A stretch of DNA of 64,000 nucleotides from positions 581,647 to 645,646 of the forward strand of contig DBFVEH010000021.1 in the NCBI GenBank assembly GCA_048526005.1, given 5' to 3'. Of this stretch, positions 55,616 to 64,000 are shown in pieces. The notes beneath the pieces are model-generated. The model did no database searches. It was not told where the DNA came from and worked only from the letters and a program-made list of their open reading frames with translations. The translations under genes were made by a program, and so were the position numbers. Each line of letters begins with the position of its first letter. The first letter of the stretch is position 1. The stretch is from Eubacteriales bacterium. GTDB taxonomy: Bacteria > Bacillota > Clostridia > Oscillospirales > CAG-272.

Positions 55616-57118
55616 ATGATGAAGCTCACCGATTTGATTCAGAATATAGACTATACCGTATATCCCGAGAATGCGGCGCTTCACGCGCTTTCCGTTTCGG
55701 ATATCGCATACAACTCAAAAAAAGCCGGAACGGACATTCTTTTTGTATGTCTTGCCGGCGCCGCGGCGGATGGCCATGATTTTGCCGCAGATGCTTATGC
55801 GCGCGGTTCAAGGATTTTCGTCTGTGAAAAAAAGCTCCCGCTTCCGCAGGACGCCGTACAGCTGATAACGGAAAACACGCGGCGTGCGCTGGCTTCTCTT
55901 TCCGCCGCGCTGTTCCGTCACCCCGAAAGGAAGCTGCGTATCATCGGCGTCACCGGAACAAAGGGTAAATCCACGATCTGCGAAATGGCGCGCCACATCC
56001 TGACCAAAAACGGGATCCGCGCCGCTTCCGTCGGAACGGTCGGCGTCCGCATCGACGATACGCTCACGCCCACCGGCAATACGACCCCCGAGAGCTATGA
56101 GCTTTATCGGATCTTTTCCGAAATGGTCGACCGCGGCATCGAATATGCCGTCATCGAGGTTTCCTCCCAGGGAATCAAGCTCGACCGCATCTTCGGAATC
56201 CCGTTTTTCGCAGCGGTCATGACCAATCTTTCCGAGGATCATATCGGCCTGCATGAACATCCCGATTTTGAAGATTACAAGCGGTGCAAAATGGCGCTTT
56301 TCCACCGCTGTGAGGTCGGTATTTTCAACGCCGACGATACATATTTTGAAGAATTTGCAGAGCAGGCGCCATGCCGCAAAATCACGTATTCCCTCACGTC
56401 GGAAAGCGGGGAGGCGGACTTCACTGCTCATTCGATCGCGCCCGTTCTCACGCCTGACGGCGGATTCGGCGTTTCCTATACCGTCCGCCATGGAGTCGAG
56501 CGCGCCGATGCCGTTCTGCCGTTTCCCGGCGCTTTTTCCGTATCCAATGCGCTTGCCGCAATCGCCATAGGCGAGCTTGCCGGAATCCCGCTTCAAAGCT
56601 CAGCCGCGGCGCTGCGCGACGTTGCCGTAAACGGCCGATTTGAAATCGTAAAAACGCCGCTTCCCGCCGTCATCTTCGTCATCGATTATGCGCACAACGG
56701 AGAAAGCCTTACCGCGGCGCTCGCTACGCTGCGCGCTTACAAGCCGCGCCGGCTTGTCTGTCTTTTCGGTTCGGTCGGCGGACGTACTGAAATCCGCCGG
56801 CGTGAGCTTGGGATCGCCGCCTCGGAGCATGCCGATTTTTCTATTCTGACAAGCGACAATCCCGACGCGGAATCGCCTCGGGATATCATCCGCGACATTG
56901 AAAGGCATATGACCGGCGCCTCCTATATCGTCATCCCCGACCGCAGAGAGGCGATCGAATACGCGGTTAGAAACGCCAAGGAGGGGGATGTAGTACTTCT
57001 TGCCGGCAAAGGACACGAAACCTATCAGCTCATAAACGGCAAAAAATATCCCTTTTCGGAACGGGATATCCTTATGGAAGCCGCAGCCCGCCTGAAAGGC
57101 TCGGTCGGCGTCCCGTAA
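55616..57118 (+). CDS. murE: UDP-N-acetylmuramoyl-L-alanyl-D-glutamate--diamino acid ligase MurE (non-DAP-type motif)
   Basis: IGVTGTKGKSTI P-loop and Mur ligase middle and C-terminal domains. The position of the DAP-recognition DNPR motif reads DNPD (56855-56866). Confidence 0.9.
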   Translation: MMKLTDLIQNIDYTVYPENAALHALSVSDIAYNSKKAGTDILFVCLAGAAADGHDFAADAYARGSRIFVCEKKLPLPQDAVQLITENTRRALASLSAALFRHPERKLRIIGVTGTKGKSTICEMARHILTKNGIRAASVGTVGVRIDDTLTPTGNTTPESYELYRIFSEMVDRGIEYAVIEVSSQGIKLDRIFGIPFFAAVMTNLSEDHIGLHEHPDFEDYKRCKMALFHRCEVGIFNADDTYFEEFAEQAPCRKITYSLTSESGEADFTAHSIAPVLTPDGGFGVSYTVRHGVERADAVLPFPGAFSVSNALAAIAIGELAGIPLQSSAAALRDVAVNGRFEIVKTPLPAVIFVIDYAHNGESLTAALATLRAYKPRRLVCLFGSVGGRTEIRRRELGIAASEHADFSILTSDNPDAESPRDIIRDIERHMTGASYIVIPDRREAIEYAVRNAKEGDVVLLAGKGHETYQLINGKKYPFSERDILMEAAARLKGSVGVP

Positions 57119-57133
57119 TTTTATAAAAAGCAA

Positions 57134-57164
57134 AAAAGCTGCCGACTTCTGTCGGCAGCTTTTT
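57134..57164 (+). terminator. Terminator after murE
   Basis: The sequence aaaagctgccgac-ttct-gtcggcagctttt. Confidence 0.8.
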
Positions 57165-57373
57165 CATGGAAGCTGGACACGAATTTCCCGATTTTTCTTG
57201 CATATCCATCCATTTTTGACAATTACAGTGCAATCTAATATTGACAAAAAGAAAAAATATGATATACTGTAATGGCATATTTTTGAATAATATGAAAAAA
57301 GTCTGTAAACAATTCGGCATATCCCTCTTCAAAAAATGCAAAATCATGTCGAAAGGAATATTTTTTCAACATT

Positions 57374-58294
57374 ATGAGTTGGTTTCTTCTTTCCATTATC
57401 ACTCTCATCTTTTGGAGCGGATCGGATCTGTTTTCCAAGATCGGATGCCGCGACGGCAAGGATAAATACTCTCATCTGAAAATGATCACGGCCGTCGGAC
57501 TTATCATGGGAATCCATGCTCTCTATGAAATTTTCGCGCAGGATACCGTCATCAATTTCGATATCATTCTGCATTATCTGCCGGTCTCCCTGCTCTATAT
57601 TCTCTCCATGGCGCTCGGATATGTCGGACTGCGCTACATCGAGCTTTCCGTTTCCTCGCCGATCTGCAATTCCTCCGGCGCTTTGGCTGCGATCGCCTCC
57701 ATCATCTTTTTCGGAACGGAGGGCATGGGCGCACCTCATTACATCGCGCTCATTCTGGTATGCGCCGGCGTCGTCGGACTCGGCTTCGTCGAGGCGCACG
57801 AGGACGAGGAGCTGCGCGCAGAACGCCAGAAGATCTCCAATTTTAAATATGCAAAGTCATGGAAGGCGCTGTGCCTCCCGATCGCGTATTGTATTCTCGA
57901 TGCAGCGGGCACCTTTGCGGACAGCATCGCGCTGGAAACCCTCGAGGAGGATTCGGCGAATGTCGCCTATGAGCTGACGTTCCTCGCGGCGGGCGCCGTA
58001 TGCTTTGTCTTTGTGCTCATTGGAATGATCCGCAAGAAAACCTCCTTTATTCCGAAAGCCGACGGCGCAAAGCTGATCGGCGGAATCTGCGAAACGATCG
58101 GACAATCCACCTACATATTCGCCATTGCCGACCGGGAGCATTTTGCCATGTCGGCGGCCATTATCTCCGCCTACTGCGCAGCTTCCGTCATCTGGAGCCG
58201 CATCTTCTTGAAGGAAAAGCTCTCCTATAAGCACTATATCGCCATCACGATAACTGTCATCGGCATCGTCGTCATGGGCATCCTCGATATGTAA
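57374..58294 (+). CDS. EamA/DMT-superfamily transporter
   Basis: 306 aa with 10 TM-like segments in two EamA-like halves. The upstream promoter is TTGACA-16 nt-TATACT (about 57243-57270). Confidence 0.75.
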   Translation: MSWFLLSIITLIFWSGSDLFSKIGCRDGKDKYSHLKMITAVGLIMGIHALYEIFAQDTVINFDIILHYLPVSLLYILSMALGYVGLRYIELSVSSPICNSSGALAAIASIIFFGTEGMGAPHYIALILVCAGVVGLGFVEAHEDEELRAERQKISNFKYAKSWKALCLPIAYCILDAAGTFADSIALETLEEDSANVAYELTFLAAGAVCFVFVLIGMIRKKTSFIPKADGAKLIGGICETIGQSTYIFAIADREHFAMSAAIISAYCAASVIWSRIFLKEKLSYKHYIAITITVIGIVVMGILDM

Positions 58295-58405
58295 CATAAA
58301 AAATAAAATCCCCCGCAGGCTTGTCGTCGGGGGATTTTTGTCGGCATTCTGACCGAAAGGACACCATATCCGTTATAAAAGCTACAACAAGCAACAGAAA
58401 AGAAA

Positions 58406-58436
58406 AATCCCGGCCGGAAGGCCGGGATTTTTCTTT
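58406..58436. terminator. Terminator hairpin between convergent genes
   Basis: The sequence aaaaatcccggcc-ggaa-ggccgggatttttctttttt. A second hairpin, aatcccccg...cgggggatt, lies at 58309-58338. Confidence 0.75.
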
Positions 58437-58437
58437 T

Positions 58438-59682
58438 TTACAGACTTCTCATCCATTCGTCGATGATATTATTGCCCCAAAACAGTCCCGATTCGGTAAA
58501 CGCGACGCATCCGTCCGTCACCGTTATCAGTCCATCCTCCTGGAATCGGTCAAGAGACTCTTTCCACAGCGAAAAAAGATCCCTGCCAAGCCTCTCCGAC
58601 CATACGGCAAGCTCCGCCCGTCCCTTTTGCAGCTCGTAAATCAAGGCGTCCAAGAGCCGATACATCGGCTGAACGAGCCGTCCCGCTCTGCTGATGCGCA
58701 CCGTTTCCGATAAAATGGGAACCTTTGCCGAATTATGATAGAGATAGTTTTCGATATTCCCGCCGGCGCCGTGTCCCAGCGCGATGCAGCTTCCTCCCGT
58801 ATGCCGGATATTCATATAATCGTAGCGGTCGATGCCGTCTCTGACAAGCTTTGTCAGCTCAAGCGGTCGGAAGCCGTCCACGGCAAGCGTATGCAGAATC
58901 GTTTGGAACATCTCGTATTCATATCCGGTGTCGGACAGCAGCGCACGCTCCTTTTCGCCAAGCTTATGGTAGATAGGTGTTTTCTCATGGAGGATCAGCG
59001 GATAAAATGACAGCCCTGCAATCCCAAGCGAGCGGATAACGGCAAGATCCGCTTCAAGCCGCTGCATCGTCTGCCCGGGATAGTGATAGATGAGATCGAT
59101 GCTCGTATTGGCAATGCCGGACTCGATCGCCCGTCTTACGCTGTGCGCCGCATGCTCACCGCTGCCGCGTCTGCCGAGAAGCGTTCTTCCCTCGTCGTCA
59201 AAGGTCTGAATGCCGATCGAAAGGCGGTTGACACCGCCTTTCTTGAGTACCTCCAGCATCTCCGCGGTCAGCTCCGTTGCGGAGGATTCCACGCTGATCT
59301 CCGCCTCCGGTGCGATATCGAAGCAAGTCCGAAGCTCAGTCAGAACAGCATCCATCTGCTCCGGCAGGAGCGCCGTCGGCGTTCCGCCGCCGAAGTTCAC
59401 AGCATCGATCGGCGCCCGCATATAGGGATATTCGCAGATGCGGTGCATCTCCTCGATCAGATACCGGTGATAGTCGCGCCGGCGAAGCTCGTCCGGACGG
59501 TGGAACGGACAAAAGCTGCATATCTTATTGCAGAACGGCACGTGAAGATAGATCACCCGCCGACTCGCAGCAGACTCGTTCAACATCCTCTCGACATAGG
59601 ACAAAACGGATTCGGCCGACGTATATTTTTTCTTCAATTCTCCCGACGCATCGTGATGAGATTTATATCGGAAGGTATACAT
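58438..59682 (-). CDS. HemN-like radical SAM enzyme, candidate anaerobic heme-degrading methyltransferase (ChuW/HutW-like)
   Basis: The radical SAM motif VPFCNKICSFCPF follows an N-terminal extension of about 50 aa, and a HemN-like core is present (GGGTPTAL, SIGIQTFD). The gene is last in an operon with heme/iron-type ABC importer genes and a flavodoxin. Confidence 0.6.
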   Translation of the reverse strand: MYTFRYKSHHDASGELKKKYTSAESVLSYVERMLNESAASRRVIYLHVPFCNKICSFCPFHRPDELRRRDYHRYLIEEMHRICEYPYMRAPIDAVNFGGGTPTALLPEQMDAVLTELRTCFDIAPEAEISVESSATELTAEMLEVLKKGGVNRLSIGIQTFDDEGRTLLGRRGSGEHAAHSVRRAIESGIANTSIDLIYHYPGQTMQRLEADLAVIRSLGIAGLSFYPLILHEKTPIYHKLGEKERALLSDTGYEYEMFQTILHTLAVDGFRPLELTKLVRDGIDRYDYMNIRHTGGSCIALGHGAGGNIENYLYHNSAKVPILSETVRISRAGRLVQPMYRLLDALIYELQKGRAELAVWSERLGRDLFSLWKESLDRFQEDGLITVTDGCVAFTESGLFWGNNIIDEWMRSL

Positions 59683-59685
59683 CGC

Positions 59686-60855
59686 TCAGTTTTCTTCTTG
59701 GAAAGAAAATGTCGTATCCGGATAAAGGATCGCCGCAAGCTTCTGATATGCCTCGGCAAAGCGGCTGTTCGGCTTGTTGTGGAAGAGCGATTTCTCCAAA
59801 TAGTATACTTTGCCCTCCTGGACAGCTTTCAAGGACTGCCATACGGGATTGCTTCCATAGATGCTTTCCACCGATGCTCTCGCTTCATCCTCGCTGGCAT
59901 GGCACTGCACCACGATGATATCCGGATTGGCGAGAAAAACGGTCTCGAGATTGATCTCCAGCCGCTCCGCCGAAGTCGTGTTCTCCCACGTATCCACAAT
60001 GTTGATCGCGTTCATTTCAGTCAGCATACCGCCGACAACCGTGCCGGAAGTGTTCGCCTGAAGGCTTTCGGCTCCGTTGTAAAACATGCTGAACACGGTC
60101 GGATTGTTTTCGGTCGGGCATTCCATCAATACGTCGACAACGTCGTCCAGCGCCTTCATGGCGACGCTGTCCCAAAGCTCCGGATTACCGGTGATGTTGC
60201 AGAACACCTTGAACCATTTCAGATAATCCGAGAAATCGTTATAGCTCATTGCGATAACCGGAATATTCGCGGCAGCCGCCGGCGACTGGATGGTGGAATA
60301 GCCGCTCATCGCCGTTGAGCAGATGATAAGATCGGGCTGCAAGGCGATAATGGTTTCCACATCCCACTTTTTGCCGGAGGAAGAGGTCGCGACCGTCACG
60401 ACGCCCTCGTCCTGCGTGATATCTCTGCCGATATATTCTTTATAAAGCGTGACGGAGGAATCGCCGCCGATACAGCCGGCTACCGTGCCGCCCGCCTCAT
60501 ACCAAAGCGTCGTGAAGCTTGCGTAGAGATTGACGGTTTTGCCCGGATTTTTCGGAACCGTGATCGTACTGCCGTCTACGGAAGATGCGTCGGTGAACGT
60601 GACAGCGTCATCCGTAACGATCACTTTGTCGGCCTCAGCGAGGAATTCCGCTTTCAGACGTTCTCTTTTTTCCTTCAATGCGACCTCATCGTCACCGGTA
60701 GAAGGCGCTGTCGTATCCTCAGGCGGTGTCACCTGAGCCGTCGTGCCGCTGCTGCTGGTCGTGTCTTCCGGCTCATCGGTTTGGCCGCAGCCCGCAAGGA
60801 CGGCAATCCCCGCCAGCATGCAGATGCACAGAATAAAAGAAATGATTTTTTTCAT
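59686..60855 (-). CDS. ABC transporter substrate-binding lipoprotein (iron-siderophore/heme/B12 type)
   Basis: The true start is MKKIISFILCICMLAGIAVLAGC (lipobox), with ATG 60853-60855 overlapping the ATPase stop (ATGA). Periplasmic-binding-protein type 2 pattern. Confidence 0.85.
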   Translation of the reverse strand: MKKIISFILCICMLAGIAVLAGCGQTDEPEDTTSSSGTTAQVTPPEDTTAPSTGDDEVALKEKRERLKAEFLAEADKVIVTDDAVTFTDASSVDGSTITVPKNPGKTVNLYASFTTLWYEAGGTVAGCIGGDSSVTLYKEYIGRDITQDEGVVTVATSSSGKKWDVETIIALQPDLIICSTAMSGYSTIQSPAAAANIPVIAMSYNDFSDYLKWFKVFCNITGNPELWDSVAMKALDDVVDVLMECPTENNPTVFSMFYNGAESLQANTSGTVVGGMLTEMNAINIVDTWENTTSAERLEINLETVFLANPDIIVVQCHASEDEARASVESIYGSNPVWQSLKAVQEGKVYYLEKSLFHNKPNSRFAEAYQKLAAILYPDTTFSFQEEN

Positions 60856-61652
60856 GTTGTTTCTCCTTTGTGAAATGTTGTTTTCATCGGTATAAACCAG
60901 GGACATCCATGGGAGGTGTCCTCAAATACCCTCGCCTCAATTTCAAAAATATCCTCTAAATTTTTTTCGGTCAGCACCTCGGCAGGCGTGCCGCCGACAT
61001 AAAGGTTCCCATTTTTGATCGCATACAGAAAATCGGAATACCGCGCCGCAAGGTTCAAATCGTGCAGCACCATGACGATCGTGATGCCGAGTTCCCGATT
61101 CAGCTTGCGGACAAGCTCCAAAACCTCAACCTGATAGCTGATGTCGAGATACGTCGTCGGTTCGTCCAAAATCAAAATCTCCGGCTCCTGGCAAATCGAC
61201 ATCGCGATCCATGCGCGCTGCCGTTCACCTCCGGAAAGCGTCGCAAGCGCCTGATTTTGCAGATCGACAAGCCCTGTCATCTCCAAAGCCCCGTCGATCA
61301 CCGCGGCATCCGCCGCCGTAAGTCCGCGTCCGAATTTTGAATACGGATACCGCCCATACGATACAAGCGTGCGCACATCGATATCCGGCGGCGACGTATG
61401 CACCTGCGCAAGATACGCGATCTTTTGGGCGAGCAGCTTCGGCGCGTAGCGCTTCAGCTCTCCGTTCTCATATATGGCGTCGCCGGATTTCGGCGTCACC
61501 GCCTTGGACACCGTTTTGAGAAGGCTCGATTTGCCGCAGCCGTTCTGACCGATGATGGTGACGACCTTTCCCTTTGGGATTTCCAAATTTAGATTTTCCA
61601 ATACCGTTTTTTTGCCGAAACGGATAGTAATGTTCCGAAAACCGAAATACAT
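60852..61652 (-). CDS. ABC transporter ATP-binding protein (FecE/HmuV-like)
   Basis: Walker A GQNGCGKSSLLK, signature LSGGERQRAWIA, Walker B ILILDEPT. Confidence 0.9.
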   Translation of the reverse strand: MYFGFRNITIRFGKKTVLENLNLEIPKGKVVTIIGQNGCGKSSLLKTVSKAVTPKSGDAIYENGELKRYAPKLLAQKIAYLAQVHTSPPDIDVRTLVSYGRYPYSKFGRGLTAADAAVIDGALEMTGLVDLQNQALATLSGGERQRAWIAMSICQEPEILILDEPTTYLDISYQVEVLELVRKLNRELGITIVMVLHDLNLAARYSDFLYAIKNGNLYVGGTPAEVLTEKNLEDIFEIEARVFEDTSHGCPWFIPMKTTFHKGETT

Positions 61653-61656
61653 GCAC

Positions 61657-62679
61657 TCACCCCCCGTCCTTTTGCCTTGTACGGAGCAAATAGAGGAAAA
61701 ACGGCGCTCCGATAAAGGAAAGAATGATGCTGACCGGAACCTCTCCGGGCGGCAGGATCACACGGCCAATCGTATCGCAGACCGTAACGAGCGTGAAACC
61801 GAGCAGCGTCGATGCCGGAAACAGATATTTGTAATCCGAGCCGACCAGCATTCTTGCGATATGCGGCACGATAAGTCCGACAAAGCTGATGAGTCCCGCC
61901 ACCGAGATGGCGGCGCCTGCAAGCAAGGAGGAAACCGCGATCAGAAAGAAACGGAACCGCTCCGTGCGAAGCCCCAAAGAGTTCGCCGTTTCGTCTCCGA
62001 GCATCAGAATATTCATTTTGGAAGGAAGGAAAAGACACACGAACATACCGCACAGCGCATACGGAAGCACCATCCGGAAGCTGTCCCAGCCGCAGCCGTT
62101 GAGACCGCCGACAAGGAAGCCGGAGGCATTGCCAAGCGACTCGGCGAAAAAGGTTTTGATGATGTCGTTGAACGCGCTGAACAACGCCGACACCGCCATG
62201 CCCGACAGGATCATTTTGACGGGGCTCACGCCCTTTTGATAGGCGAGCGCGTAAATGAGCATCGTCGTCACAAACGCGCCGATAATAGAGCCGATCGGCA
62301 AAAGATAGGAATACGCGGGAAACGCCACAAGCGTCAGATATCCGATGAAGCTTGCGCCGCCCGTCACACCGATGGTGGACGGCGATGCCATCGTATTGCG
62401 CATGACGCCCTGTAAGATACAGCCGGAAAGCGAAAGGCAGATCCCGACCAGTCCCCCCACCAGCACGCGCGGAAAACGCAGATTCCAAATGAGCAGCCGC
62501 GCGGTGCTGTCGTCGTTGATCCAAAGCGCTCGCCACACCTCGGCGATCGAAAATTTCACCGAGCCGATCCCTACGCAAATAAGAACAGAGAGCACGCTCG
62601 TCACCGCGAAAATGAGAATCACCAGCAGCTTTCCGAAATACGGCTTATGCTTTCCCGTTTGTTTGGATTGTGCCGTCAT
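61657..62679 (-). CDS. FecCD-family ABC transporter permease (HmuU-like)
   Basis: 340 aa with RFPRVLVGGLVGICLSLSGCILQGVMRN and C-terminal IIGAPFFLYLL, typical of FecCD permeases. Confidence 0.9.
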   Translation of the reverse strand: MTAQSKQTGKHKPYFGKLLVILIFAVTSVLSVLICVGIGSVKFSIAEVWRALWINDDSTARLLIWNLRFPRVLVGGLVGICLSLSGCILQGVMRNTMASPSTIGVTGGASFIGYLTLVAFPAYSYLLPIGSIIGAFVTTMLIYALAYQKGVSPVKMILSGMAVSALFSAFNDIIKTFFAESLGNASGFLVGGLNGCGWDSFRMVLPYALCGMFVCLFLPSKMNILMLGDETANSLGLRTERFRFFLIAVSSLLAGAAISVAGLISFVGLIVPHIARMLVGSDYKYLFPASTLLGFTLVTVCDTIGRVILPPGEVPVSIILSFIGAPFFLYLLRTRQKDGG

Positions 62680-63191
62680 AGATTTTCGAGAAAGCTCCTT
62701 ACCGCCTCCGCCGCATCCGCGAGATCCTTTTCGTCCGGATGACCGAGGGAAAGCTTCTGTCTTTCAAACCGCTCCATCGAAAGATGCCCTTTCTCGCCCT
62801 CCGGAATTTTCAGGCGCTGCGCCGTCCGGTTCAGATCGATGCTTCCCTGACACAGAAAATGACCGAGCAGCCTGTTGTTCTCGGAGGCAAGCGCGCAGAC
62901 GCGCTCCGTGACATCGGCAGCGTGCTTGGTGTCGCGCGCTACGCCGAGCGTTCCGATGACGATGAGATTCTTGCCTTTCATTCTGCCGATAAGCTCGATC
63001 GTGTCGTCGTCGGCCGTACCGTGATTGCACCAATAGGACAGCACGAACGTATCGAAGCGCTCGATCACCTCATCGGTTATGTATCGGATGTTGTACGGTC
63101 CCACATGCTCCGGCACCACCGGCGCCACCGCCTCGGCAAGCTTAAAGGCGTTGCCGGTTATCGTCGAAAATATAATCGGAATTTTTTTCAT
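62676..63191 (-). CDS. Flavodoxin-family protein
   Basis: The N-terminal IIFSTITGNAFKLAEAV is an FMN-phosphate-binding loop. 171 aa, first gene of the transporter operon, with an ATGA overlap with the permease start. Confidence 0.7.
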   Translation of the reverse strand: MKKIPIIFSTITGNAFKLAEAVAPVVPEHVGPYNIRYITDEVIERFDTFVLSYWCNHGTADDDTIELIGRMKGKNLIVIGTLGVARDTKHAADVTERVCALASENNRLLGHFLCQGSIDLNRTAQRLKIPEGEKGHLSMERFERQKLSLGHPDEKDLADAAEAVRSFLENL

Positions 63192-63278
63192 AGTTTCTCC
63201 TTTTCATTTCTTGGACGGAAAGCCGCCCAAAGCCGTTTAATCGATACGGATACTGCGTCGCATCAAAATCCGCATGGT

Positions 63279-64000
63279 TCATCCCAGTGCCACGTCGAGG
63301 ACCATCATCACAAGGAAGCCCGCCATCACGCCGAGCGTTCCGACATGCGAATGCTCGCCGAGATGCGCCTCCGGGATCAGCTCCTCCACCACCACATACA
63401 GCATAGCGCCGGCCGCAAAGGACAAAAGCCACGGCATCAAGGGCTGCACCCCGCCGGCGATCAAGACCACTGCGACGCCGAAAACAAGCTCGACAAGTCC
63501 GGAAAGGCTTCCCCATAAAAACGCCTTGACGGCGGAAAAGCCCTCCTCACGCAACGGCAGGGATACCGCAGCTCCCTCCGGGAAATTTTGGATCCCGATG
63601 CCGAGCGCCAGCGCCGCCGCGGCGGAAAGCGCCGAGGCATCGTAGGAATGCTGCGCCGCAAGGGCAAAGGAAAGTCCCACCGCCATTCCTTCGGGAATGT
63701 TATGCAGCGTCACCGCGAGCACAAGAAGCGTAGTACGCTTCCACGAGGAGCGCAGTCCCTCCGGACGTTTCCGATCCAAATGCAGATGCGGCAGCAGCAG
63801 GTCCAGCAGCATCAGAAAACCGACGCCGAGAACAAAGCCTCCCGCCGCAGGGATCCAGCCGACTCCCCCCGCCGCCTCCGTCTCTTCGATCGCCGGAATC
63901 AAAAGACTCCAAACGGAGGCCGCGATCATGACGCCGGCGGCAAAGCCGAGGAAAATGCGCTGAACAGACAGCTTCATCGATTTCCGGAACAAGAACACCA
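63279..64000 (-). CDS. ZIP-family metal (zinc) transporter, 5' end outside the window
   Basis: LGFAAGVMIAASVWSLLIPA, LAVTLHNIPEGMAVGLSF and HSHVGTLGVMAGFLVMMVLDVAL motifs. The frame is open to the window edge. Confidence 0.8.
   Translation of the reverse strand, partial: VFLFRKSMKLSVQRIFLGFAAGVMIAASVWSLLIPAIEETEAAGGVGWIPAAGGFVLGVGFLMLLDLLLPHLHLDRKRPEGLRSSWKRTTLLVLAVTLHNIPEGMAVGLSFALAAQHSYDASALSAAAALALGIGIQNFPEGAAVSLPLREEGFSAVKAFLWGSLSGLVELVFGVAVVLIAGGVQPLMPWLLSFAAGAMLYVVVEELIPEAHLGEHSHVGTLGVMAGFLVMMVLDVALG

Overview
High-GC (roughly 55-60% by eye) chromosomal segment of a spore-forming Clostridia-type Firmicute. Core genes are mostly intact: glyQS, ruvX, dut, prfC, T-box-controlled thrS and ileS, mutY, ricT-holB-darA, spoVAC/AD/AE, a ferredoxin, a murE cluster and an anaerobic heme-uptake-like operon. 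Between a tRNA-Val/tRNA-Ala pair (26.2 kb) and a minus-strand tRNA-Leu pair (46.6 kb) the sequence is a compositional mosaic. It holds a low-GC secreted S8 subtilase next to tRNA-Ala, native-looking lipoprotein/mutY genes, a secreted papain-like peptidase plus lipoprotein pair, and a roughly 12.4-kb low-GC element (about 34.1-46.5 kb). That element carries a large serine recombinase and a MobC/relaxase module, both broken by frameshifts and in-frame stops. It also carries an Xre-type regulator and a type I R-M operon (hsdM-hsdS-hsdR). The most interesting feature is a two-gene cassette nested between hsdS and hsdR. The first gene fuses an RNase-HIII-N-terminal-like (TBP-like) domain to a Cap12/PycTIR-type TIR-like domain. 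The second is an FRG-domain protein translationally coupled to hsdR. The layout resembles the prrC-in-EcoprrI arrangement but matches no described system that I know of. However, hsdM carries an in-frame TAG and the TIR-like gene needs a frame change at an A5 run, so the locus may be decaying. Other notable items: a D-aspartate-ligase-like ATP-grasp/aspartate racemase/MurE(DNPD) cluster preceded by a 92-bp tandem repeat with GAAA-tetraloop hairpins; a ChuW/HutW-like radical SAM plus flavodoxin heme operon; and a terminated leader upstream of a MATE pump. All family assignments come from motif recognition by eye; no searches were run.
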